Shown: positions 50,087-61,500 of the stretch, piece by piece | How the letters are laid out: each line of letters begins with the position of its first letter | How positions within the stretch are numbered: the first letter of the stretch is position 1 | Source of the DNA: Iphione sp. A-MEVVRFRX5 | Taxonomy: Eukaryota | Length of the DNA stretch: 64,000 nt | Assembly (NCBI GenBank): GCA_976226885.1 | Contig: OZ320319.1 | Location: 84,816,001-84,880,000 of the forward strand | Reading direction: 5' to 3' | Program-made: the position numbers and the translations under genes | The notes under the pieces: generated by a model | What the model saw: only the letters and a program-made list of their open reading frames with translations | The model's database searches: none | Told to the model about the DNA's origin: nothing

Positions 50087-51981
50087 CTGGGTGGGAAGGA
50101 AAGAAAAAAAATACACCTTCAATCTTCCGCATACTACACTGTGGGGTAGGGGAGGGCAGATGGAAAAACAATTTTCCATCTCTTGGTAGTTTCTTGAATC
50201 AGCTATGATCGTTTTGGTATAGCTTATTTTTCTACTGATATTTCATTTTACACGCTATTGGAATAAAAAAAATGTGACTATTTCACCACTATCGGTCTTC
50301 AGGAATCTAGTGCTCCCCTAGACACAAGTTTACTATAAATACAAAAAAACTCTCTAAATTACACATCTATGAGGTAGAAAGGACACGGCTTAAAAAAAAA
50401 CCCTCTGACTCAAATTCACATTGTGTGTGTGTGTGTAGGTGTGAGTGTGAAGAACATGTCTGTATTTGAAGGACTGTAGAGTTCTAAACTGACTCATACT
50501 GAGGTATACACGTGTGAGTGTGTGGCACATGTTTGTACGTCTGTTAGTCTGGAGAAGGGAACTGATTACATATAGACCGTTAAGTCGACTTACCACTCGC
50601 AGATCTTGCGGTGGCATCGGAGGACACTGTTCTCTATGTCGATGGGGTGGTACCTCATACCTCGAAGCATCACCGTCTCGTCTAGGGCTCCCACGACGAA
50701 GATGGCATCATGGCGGCCTGCAAGCAAACAAGTCAACCCAATCTGTATCTACTTCTATAACATGGCATCATGGCGGCCTGCAAGCAAACCAGTCAACCCA
50801 ATCTGTGTCTACTTCTATAACATGTTCCTCGAGAGTAGGTGTACTCATGCTGCTTGGTACCCGTTTTTCAAAGACATGTCGTAAATGCTCGATTAACTTA
50901 GGTCCTGATTGATTTCTATCATTAGAGAACATAATATTTTGTCAAAAATAACAATAAACAAGAATGAAAGAGGGACAGGCAAAGACTGACAGAAAGAGAC
51001 AGCTCAACAGACTGAGAGACAGGAGTCAAGAAGGAGAGCTGGCAGCGGTGGGCAGAGACACTGATGTATCGAGTCATCTTTACAGACTTAACAGACTGAC
51101 GTCCAGGTAAACACTGACAGATATGTCGTCTCAAACAGAGTATTAAACAGAAAAACATACTTAAGAGACAATCACACCTAACGAAGAGATATGGCGATTG
51201 ATAGAGGGGCTGTTGTATTCGGCCTGCCTCACATAACTGACAGACAGACACTTAGACAGGCTAAGAGGACTTTGGTAAGTGGCTTACCTCCATCCGACTG
51301 TGTCATCTCAGTTCGTCAGATGAATCTCAGATACCCAGGATGGGCATAGATAGTATAGATATCTAACAGACAGACAGACAGACAGACAGACATAGAAAGA
51401 TAGACAGACAGACAGTAACAGTACTGTGTTGAGTAGCTTACCCTCATCTGACTGTGTCATCTCAGTCCATCGGATGAATCTCAGATACCCAGTATGGGCA
51501 TAGGTAGTGTGGACGTCTAACAGACAGACAGACAGACATACAGACAGAGACAGACAAACAGAGACAGAGAGACAAACAGCAGTGTGTTGGGTGGCTTACC
51601 TCCGATTGTGTCATCTCAGTCTGTCGGATGAATCCCAGACACCCAGTGTGGGCATAGGTAGTGTGGACGTCTAACAGACAGACAGACACACAGACAGACA
51701 GAGACAGACAAACAGTCAGACAGAGACAAAGAGACAAACAGTACTGTGTTGGATGGCTTACCTCCATCCGACTGCGTCATCTCAGTCCGTCGGATGAATC
51801 CCAGATACCCAGTGCGGGCGTAGGTAGTGTGGATGTCTAACAGACAGAGAGACAGACAGATTGAGAGACAGACAGACAAACAGCAGTGTGTTGGGTGGCT
51901 TACCTCCATCCGACTGCGTCATCTCAGTCTGTTAGATGAATCCCAGAAACCCAGTAAGGGCATAGGTAGTGTGAACGTTTA

Positions 51982-52029
<48 letters not shown>

Positions 52030-55000
52030 TACTGTGTTGGGTGGCTTACCTCCATCCGACTGCGTCATCTCAGTCCGTCGGATGAATCCCAGATACCCAG
52101 TGCGGGCGTAGGTAGTATGGACGTCTCCTGTGGCCAGTTGTGCCTCGAAATGGTCAGCGTGCAGAGAGTCGTCGCCATAGATGGTGTAGTAGCCACTGGC
52201 ATTCTGAGGACTGTTCACCCAGATCTGGCACAACATGAAGCAGAATGGGATGGATGAGTGGTTGACTAGGGAGACAGACGAATATATAGATGTATGGATG
52301 GATAGATTGGATAGATTGGATGGATAGATTGATGGATGGATGACTGGGTGGATGGATGGATGGATGGATGGATAGCATGATGAGAGACAGGCAGATGGAC
52401 ATACAAGTGGAATAATGGATCGATGGAAGAGTGGTGAAAGATGGCTGAACGGTGGGAAGGGATGTATGGATACATGGGTGGATGGACCCATAGAGGAGCA
52501 GATAGATGGAGCAACGATAAGGGGATACCTGAATGGATGGATGGACAGACAGAATGACAAATGGTTCCATGAAACAAGATAGAGGATGGACAGACAGGTG
52601 AACTGATGGGAAAATGGAAGCATAGAAGTAGGTGGAGTGACAGGGAATGAGACGAGAAGGGAAGGGATTGGTAAGAAGTGAGTGAGGTANNNNNNNNNNN
52701 NNNNNNNNNNNNNNNNNNNNNNNNNNNNNNNNNNNNNNNNNNNNNNNNNNNNNNNNNNNNNNNNNNNNNNNNNNNNNNNNNNNNNNNNNNNNNNNNNNNN
52801 NNNNNNNNNNNNNNNNNNNNNNNNNNNNNNNNNNNNNNNNNNNNNNNNNNNNNNNNNNNNNNNNNAGCGATAGAGAGAAGGGAAGATGGATAAAAGGATC
52901 AAAGAAGGGGGATACGGAGGGCGGAATAGGTTGAAGGCAGGCAACATGAGCCCAGCACTCGGGAGTAGAGGAGGTCTGTATGCAGAAAAGGAGGAAGAAT
53001 GAAGGAGGAAGGAGGAAAGTAGAGCAGTCGTGAGGAGCGTGGTGGTGGTGAGGCGGGGCCATCTTAATGTCTCGACATACACCAACATGATGACGCACGT
53101 ACCCAGCTATCAGGAAATCACCTTCAATCATTTTTTAAGAAGAAAAAATACAGTCACGTAGTACTATTCCAAACTCTCATTCCTGCAGCCCCTTCACTAA
53201 CCCAGTCAGATTACCCGGCTACAGAATTCAACCATATATAGTGTACAACCGTCAGCATTCTTACCAAACAGGTTCGGAACAACGATATGTGTATTCTCTC
53301 TCATGCACCTGCAACCTTTAGACGCGTAAAATACATTACTACTTTGTAATCTTCAAATGCCCTGTTTAGGCGCTACTTCCCTTTCACTTCCCTCCATGCA
53401 ACACTTTGTACACAAAGATGGTGGTAATCAAATCAAATAAAAAATATTTGACTATCCCACTCTGACATCATAAGTCAGCCATATTGACCTTGGCAGCCAT
53501 TTTGAATATTTTTGAATCTAATTAATTTTTGCACCAAACCTAACTTAATCAATGAGAACTGTTCAGTTACCACCTCCTGAAGAAGACCCGCATAAGGGGA
53601 CGAAATATTGAGGAAATGTAACAACCATGCAACATTAATAAAAACAACATTCCTACATATGGGGTTACCTGGTTTTGTTTGTCCTATATGTAAGCAAATC
53701 AAATGAATCAAAACCGACCATGGTTGAACCCCCCAAAGGGAGGTTCCGTAGAAAGGATGACTGATGACAGGAGTCGGTGCTCACTCACCTCACCCAGGTG
53801 CGAATCCGCACACTGGCCCTTCGTTTCAGGATTAGCTATCACTACATTGACACCAGGCAGAAGCTGAAATTCAAAGGAAGAGAGCCGTTATTACAACACT
53901 GCAACAGCCAACTCTCTGATATACACGAACAGAGAACAGATTGGTACGTTAGGCTTTGTGAAGACATCGTATGAAGACGTATCATCAGAAAACGCATATT
54001 ATAAAACACTGAATTTAACTTTTTAAATCGCTTGAAATGATACCTGAAAATAAACTATGGGAAATCGTACATGTAGGAAAACCCCATATTTTAAAACTCA
54101 CCTGATTTGAAACCGTGGTCTGGAAGTTATAAGGCAAACAAAATGACGACGGACGGTTGGACAGTGAAACAGCAGCCATCCTAGGTCCCCCCCTTATGAA
54201 GTAGTGGACAAGAAAGGTAAGGTCTCACAACATTTGCACATGATTATTTTCCACCTGACTGAAAACCCGGAGCTGGGGCAGCTACCTACCTTGCCGGACT
54301 CCATGACACAGAGGCTGTGGGGGCTTCCCTTCTCCACCAACGCCACGCGGTCGTTCCTCAGGGCCCGCATGTCGACATACACCTGCGACGGGTCAGGACT
54401 GGAGGCGCCCTGCAGATGAGAGGACAGCACAGCCAAACCAATCAGTACAGGTGCGATATCGGAGGTTATACATTATTACAGAAGTCGTTCCTGATCGTTG
54501 GAAGAATTATGCACGGAAAAGTAGAGGGACCTTATCTGTTACTGAACTGTCATTGTTCATGTCAAGTGACAGGGAGAGCTTGCACATCATGACCAAATAA
54601 ATTTCGCATTCCTTATTCCTGGGAGTCTCACAGAGAGTCAAGAAGGACAGCCCAGAAACAACTGTGGTGTCTCCCCAATTTAGAGACAAGTGATGTTACG
54701 TAGTTTGTAAACGGTGGGGAATAGCAGGGTGTTAGGCTGATTATCCACTGATCGGTAGTTTAGTGTTCCCTGTGTTAATGTAGTGGGGGCAGCTGCCATA
54801 GGTACAAAGCTCCTTCCTTTCATTACAGACTGTCAATACATGTATACTGTAGTGCGTTTAACGTTAACACGGCAAAGAAGTGACGGCTCAGTCAAGATTA
54901 CCGAACCACTCAATATCCCCCCCCAAAAAAAAAAAAAAACCCACCCATTTCTGAACAAATACCTCCTGATACAAACCGACTCTGTCCTACAGAAACAGCA

Positions 55001-55494
55001 GTCAATCTCAGAGAATGAACACGACTTTCAAACTGAAACATCATGCAAGGAAGCATCAACTAAAAGAGACCCGGCCGGGAGTCCTGACAGTCAATGGATG
55101 AAGGTGGGGTAGTGCCCCTTGGCCCGGGGGGGGGGGGGCTGACCTGCAGACAGATGCCGACGTTGACACGGCAGCCGAAGCTGGTGCTGACCGCCCGCGG
55201 AGACAGTCCCAGGTTGGAGAAGAGTTTGGAGAAGGAGGTGGTCAGCTGGATGCGCGGCCGCTCCTCGGCGATGACGCAGCAGGTGCGCACGCACGACAGG
55301 TTGACGTTCTTGGCCTTGAGGGCGGAGGTGGACGTACCCAGACCCTTCGAGCACAGCTCCATCACGCCGTACGAGCAGAAAGTGTCGCGCACTGTAACAA
55401 AACAGACGTGGGTTGGACATGTAAGGGGTACACCGTGGAGAAATGAGGAAGCAGGGGCGCTCCTGACAATGATGACCGAATGTACATATTATGC

Positions 55495-55584
<90 letters not shown>

Positions 55585-58500
55585 GGAGAGCCGGACAGAG
55601 AGTGGGAGACAGAGCAAGATGGAGGACCATAGACAGAGGATAGAGACAGTGGGAAGGAGAGGGAGGACGACAGAATGAGATAACGAGAGAGGGAAAGATG
55701 AGAAAGGAGAAAGCGAGAGTGACAGAGACGGAGAGACAGACAGACAGGCAGATGAACAGAGTTATGCTAATGCAGAGACTTGTAAAGTTTTTTTAAAAGT
55801 TTGTAGACGTTAAATACTAAGGTGCCCGCACAGACATCTCTTCAACTTTCAACCTTGCAGTAAAAGTCAAACTTTCACCAATCTTCCTATCTCATTCATA
55901 TCTAAACTATTAACTCTACTTTAGGTTTTGAATGATGAATGCAAGTGCCACAAAACCTACCTTTATAGTGACTGACCATAGAGAGCCAAAGGCTGGGATT
56001 AACCTCGACCTCCCCGGGAGGGATCAACAGGGAATGGTGACCGGAGTAGATACTGTCAGGAAAAAACAACATAATCAGAATATCAAATAAATGTGTAAAA
56101 GATCAACCCCATACGAGGGGATCACTCATTTATTCATTCATTCAATACTCTAGAACACAAAGCATCAGTCACCTCACCATCAATCAACATGTGAAACTTA
56201 ACACTTACTAAATCAACACCAAGAAAACCAGTTTCGGCACTTACTTACTCAACACTCAACATGTGGAATGTAACACTCACTAAACCGCGCATGATGAGAG
56301 CCTGGTTTAGCACATACTCAACACTCAACATGTGAAACTCAACACTCACTAAATCAACAAGATGAAAGCCTGGTTCAGCACATATTCAATACTCAATATG
56401 TGAAACATTACACTCACTAAACCAGCGTGACGAGAGCCCGGTTCAGCACTTACTCACCTACTCAACACTCAATATGTGAAACTTTACACCCACTAAACCA
56501 GCATGACGAGAGCCCGGTTACACATACTCAACCCTCAATATGTGAAACTTTACACTCACTAAACCAGTGTAATGAGAGCCCGGTCAGCACTTACTCACCT
56601 ACTCAACACCCAAAGTGTGAAGCCCAGTCCCGTGTAGGGGTCGAGGCAGAGAGCCACATCACGTGACGGGTACAACTCACACTGGATCTTCATGGAGCGG
56701 CAGAGTGCTGCTGCTGCTGCATGCGACATCTGGTGGAAGAAACAAGAGCATAGGTGGGGTATTTGCATACAGAACTGCCTTAGGGAAATCATTAGATCTA
56801 AACTATTAGATCTTATTAGATCTATATTGTTGTGTACGGGTCTGTATAATGGTGTTGGTTGGATCACGTGTACAGCGCCATCTCAGTGTCAGCCCTCTGA
56901 GGGCTTATAGTGAATTAAAATTAAAAGTGTGTGCACTGTCGCTATCAATATCTTTGCTACTGGAATACAGGGCTGATAATGTAATTTATTAGGTCCAGTA
57001 TGGTTTATTATTTCATACATTTCATTAACATCTGTTGTAAATGATTCTTGTTCCTGGTCCTTGTACATCAAAGATGTATGTACCACCCCAGGTGAAATAA
57101 AGATTTTTTAAAAATACATATAAGTTATTAATGTTACATGGGCTCTTCAAAAGCCTTGATTTTATATGTATGGGTACGCTGACAATCCTTCTTCATTTCC
57201 AGTCAAGTGATTGATAATAATCTCTAGAAAGACGGACAAAATCCCTGAGAATGGAGCCCTAATGAGTTCTCCTCGTGACAGATCCGTTGCCTACCTTGAT
57301 GCCGGCCAGCATACCGGTGGTGGAGACGCTGAAGTCGAGGTAGCAGATCATCTCGGGGGTGGGGGCCCGGTACACCACGGCCAGCTTCCGCTTAGGAAGG
57401 TCGTCCGTGTCGAGCAACGTGGGCCAGTTCTTCATCTCCACGATAGAGGCCGCCTCCTGTAAGAAGAAAACGATGGAGGCTTTATCAGGGAAACGGAGGC
57501 AGCAGAGTACCCCACAAAAAAGAGAGCTTCTATTAAAAAAAAAACACTAGGCAGCACACTACCCAAAACAGTCTCTCTGTTAGAAAAGCTGGACCAATAG
57601 CTACTCAATACACTCACCACAATGTGAGGGGGAAAAAATCTTTACTATCTCCGTATTAAGAAAATACTGATGTATAAACGTAATGCACCAGGTACATGTA
57701 CCATGACAAAGCATATAAGCACAGAAGCAGAACACTGTATAACCATAAACCAAAGAACTTAAAAGTTTACAAATAAAAACAAAAAGTAAATCCACCAGGT
57801 TTATATGTATTCGTGTGGTTTTACAAACAGAAGTTTTCGCTAATGCATGGCAACACTTTGTGACAAAAACTAACGCTGGTCCCTCGAGAGTGGACCTTCA
57901 AGGTGCTGTACGATCATCCGAACACTGAAGTTTGTGATCTGAGGACAACAACGAGACGTACCTTGGATTTGAGCATCTTGATGATTCCCGAGTTGGAGAG
58001 GATGGCGCTCGACTTGCTGACCTCCACGATCATCTTGACTGTCGGCAAGGTGGTCGAGATGTTCTGCGGGTGGGGCGGTCGGATGGTAACGGGTACCACA
58101 CCTAGGTAAAGACGAGAGTGTGGATGAGCACGGTTTGAACTGAATTTATAAACTTCTGTATCCACGCTCTCATTGACTCATCATAGTGTATCATCAGGCT
58201 GAGAGACCGTTACAAGGCGTTTTTTTTTTTTGGGGGGGGGAGGGTGTAGTTTCCAACTCAGTTGGGAAATAATGCTGCATCATGTCGTAACGTCAGAATG
58301 ATACTTCACCTGTAGGTCTGTTTGTGAACAGTGCTGGACCAGTTGTTTGGACGTTCTTATGTGGTGAGGCGATAGGTCAACTGACGGGTCGCCAGCAGCT
58401 AAAATAACCCGGTACAGCACTTAAGGTCATCTTTTTCCCCCGACTTTGTTAAAGAAAAACAACAACAATACATTTTCATTGGTTGAAAGTCTACTCTGAC

Positions 58501-61500
58501 GTCTCCAATGGCAAAAACACGTTCCGTTGTAGCGAGGGTGGTGACGCTGTCTATCGCTGACGGTGGACTAAACGGGTACTGCAGACGTCACTTTTACTAA
58601 CTGTGACGTCATAATGAGAATATACCAATCAAATTGCTTTATTTCCAGACACTGTCTGAAAAACGGTCCAAATACACGTAGTAACGGTGTGGTTGTCACT
58701 TTGGCGATGGGTCTATTGGAAGATGTGGAAGGTAGCTTACCCACATAGAGGCAGCCGTAGAAGGCGCAGATGAGGTCGAGACCCGGCGGGTACACCAGTG
58801 CCACATGATCACCCGTGTTGAGCTTGCCCTTGTCCATGAGCAGCGCGCCGATGCGCTCGGCCCGCTTGTGCAGCTGCGAGCAGGACATGATCGCTTGCGG
58901 CTGACCCTGCAAGGGGGGAGCGAGTACAGGACATGTCTTTACCTACATCACCCAGGGCAGCAGTACCCAGGGCAGCTTCACCCTGGGCAGCAGCACCCAG
59001 GGCATCACCCAGGGCAGCAGCACTCAGGGCAGCAGCACCCAGGACAGCTTCACCCAGGGCAGCAGCACCCAGGGCAGCAGAGACCCAGGGCAGCAGCACC
59101 CAGGGCAGCAGCACCCAGGGCATGGTACCCGATGATGTAGGATTGAGACGGTTTGTTTTAATTCACAAATATCAGTATATTTATAATTATTACTTTGATT
59201 TCCAAGAATTTAGTGACTTCACTGGGAAAAGCATCACATAAATATACATGTATAACATGTACTTGTTATCTTGTTTAAGCATATATATAAGAATTTGACA
59301 AGGAACGGCATTAATATTTTTTCCCTTTATTTACGGTTATGTAATGATCATGAATAATTCGACTGTTTTTACTGAGACTGTTATACAATAAGCTGTTAAG
59401 CAGCTTTAATCCGATACTTGGACATTACAACTACAACGAATAGCTATACTAGAACTACGTATCTCTCTAGCTATCATTTTACTTAAGAATAAAAACCATA
59501 AAGAACCATAAAATCAGCAGGCCTTTTATGCTTATCAAATATTTCCAATCTGTTTGTTTTAAAAATAAGACAGGGATCAAATTATCAGCCTCCATGGTAT
59601 GATACTTTACAAAGTGTAACTCTAGAAAGTACTTGTAACTCATCATCTTTCGACTCTGAGATAGGTCCCACAAACGTTGATGATACGATGTAATCTTTAC
59701 GGACTGATCCCCTAGCAGCGGTGAGAAGAAGATCGCAACGATAAGTGTTTACAGCTACTCCATCATAGGAGAAACCTACACGATATGAAAACTCATCCAC
59801 ATAAGAAGCCGGCGCTGATCTTGACGGTTCTTTTAGGTCGGATAAGAAAGAAATAAAGTGTGACATACTATTTTGGTGCTCACCTTGGCGTTGATGAGGC
59901 TGAAGAGCACATGGTCTGGCGAAGTCTGTGCCCTCCAGCGGAGGATCTCCGACAAGAACTGGTACTGCAAGGTGGGAACAACGACAGGCAGTTAGTGCGA
60001 GCAGCTCACAGAGAGTGATGTGAAGAGGTCTGTCATCTTTCCCTGCTTTACTGAGAGGTTAACACCCCCTACTACGTGTATACTGACAAAGACAAAGGAA
60101 GGAGTCGCTTCCCTAAGGGCGATTTGTCTTTTTTTTAAATAGAAAACTTCAGTTCTAAATCGATATCTTCCAGTCCCTCATGATAAAACCGATCAGGCAT
60201 GTGGCACCAGTTACTCACAAAATGACAAGGCTATTCAGATTCCAAAGTTGGCTTAATATGATTCAGCCATGCTTTTCTTTGTCCAATATGAATTCTTTTT
60301 TTACTTTAAAGTTATCAATAGTCATTACTTAATAGCAGTAGCATTTTAGAACACAATGCATGAGGAGCGTAACACATTTGATATGAACTTTCTGAGCCAA
60401 TCAGTTTCATTTCATAACATATCTTAAAAAACACTTACTCAAGTTATCATTTCTGGTAGAAACTAACCTGATTACATACATATTCCCCCAAAAACAAACT
60501 AATGGACTTTATTTTTCCTCATCGATTTGCTGATGAACAAAACCCCAATGTCTTCCTTAAAGGTATGTGTGTATTGGAAAAAAAAAAGTTGGGACCTGTA
60601 CCTACTTTGACGAATGCACTCACACTTCTACTGAATATTTACGAATAACATATTCGAGACAAATACTACAAATGCCCTTTTTTCCTTACACTACCCATGA
60701 TGAATCTTACATCAAACTCAGGACTAAACTGATGTTGCTGTATAACATTCTCTTGAAACATGTATGAACGACTGGACTTGTCTAGTTTTAGATGTAGTTA
60801 CAAGCAAAGCATTGCGGACAAAGTTATGTATTTTTTTAGTAACAGCTTTACCCTAATACTTAAGATTTTTACAAGCTCCTGTTCTGGCATTATTTCATAC
60901 ATATGTACATGAAGAGATGATTTAAACTATCCCCTCGATTTGTACACAGGACCCATGCTGGTGGCGATCATTTGTTTTTACATGTTCCCTTTTGATAAAA
61001 CGGCTCTCCTTCCGTGTCACGGTGATTTTACCGAGACGTACAAATGTATTTACATGTCTTGCATTTGTCCAGGTGGAAATGACACGGTGCATAGAACCCT
61101 GCCATTAACGTAAATGCTACACAAGAATAGGAAGAAGAGGAAAAGTATAAGCCATCTACAGATCAGTTTTATAATATTCTAGAGAAGACCACTACAACAA
61201 CATGTACCACAACGAATAGGTATAGCATGCATATTACAGTAATCTGGCGTTGAAAAAACGGCAATATAGATCAGAAGAAAGCCACACACACATCAACACG
61301 TAAGCTAATCAATCAATTGAAAAAAAAACAAACCTAAATCATATCAACTGAACTCTGACTTTTTAAAGCTAAGACAAATCAAATAAATGAAACAAAACCG
61401 CCGATCTGGGATGGGGGGAGAAGGGAGGTCCCGCTGCGCCAGATTCTGCTGCTAGGTGGCGCTCTGCTCCAGCGACCTCCAGGCGGCATGCTTAGACTGA

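Noticed and set aside
51979-53131. 369-aa and 325-aa ORFs
   Set aside because: They run through an N gap and (GGAT)n low-complexity sequence. Only 52224-52050 is the real DIP2 exon.
46055-53763. Shared 15-mer TAGAAAGGATGACTG at about 46060 and 53750
   Set aside because: Probably right ends of a MITE family, but no left TIR was found for either.
55091-55678. ORFs with poly-ER or poly-LS
   Set aside because: Translation of the (AG)n microsatellite and of the antisense strand of a DIP2 exon.
58805-59241. Ala/Pro/Gln-rich repeat ORFs
   Set aside because: A 15-bp intronic minisatellite read in different frames.
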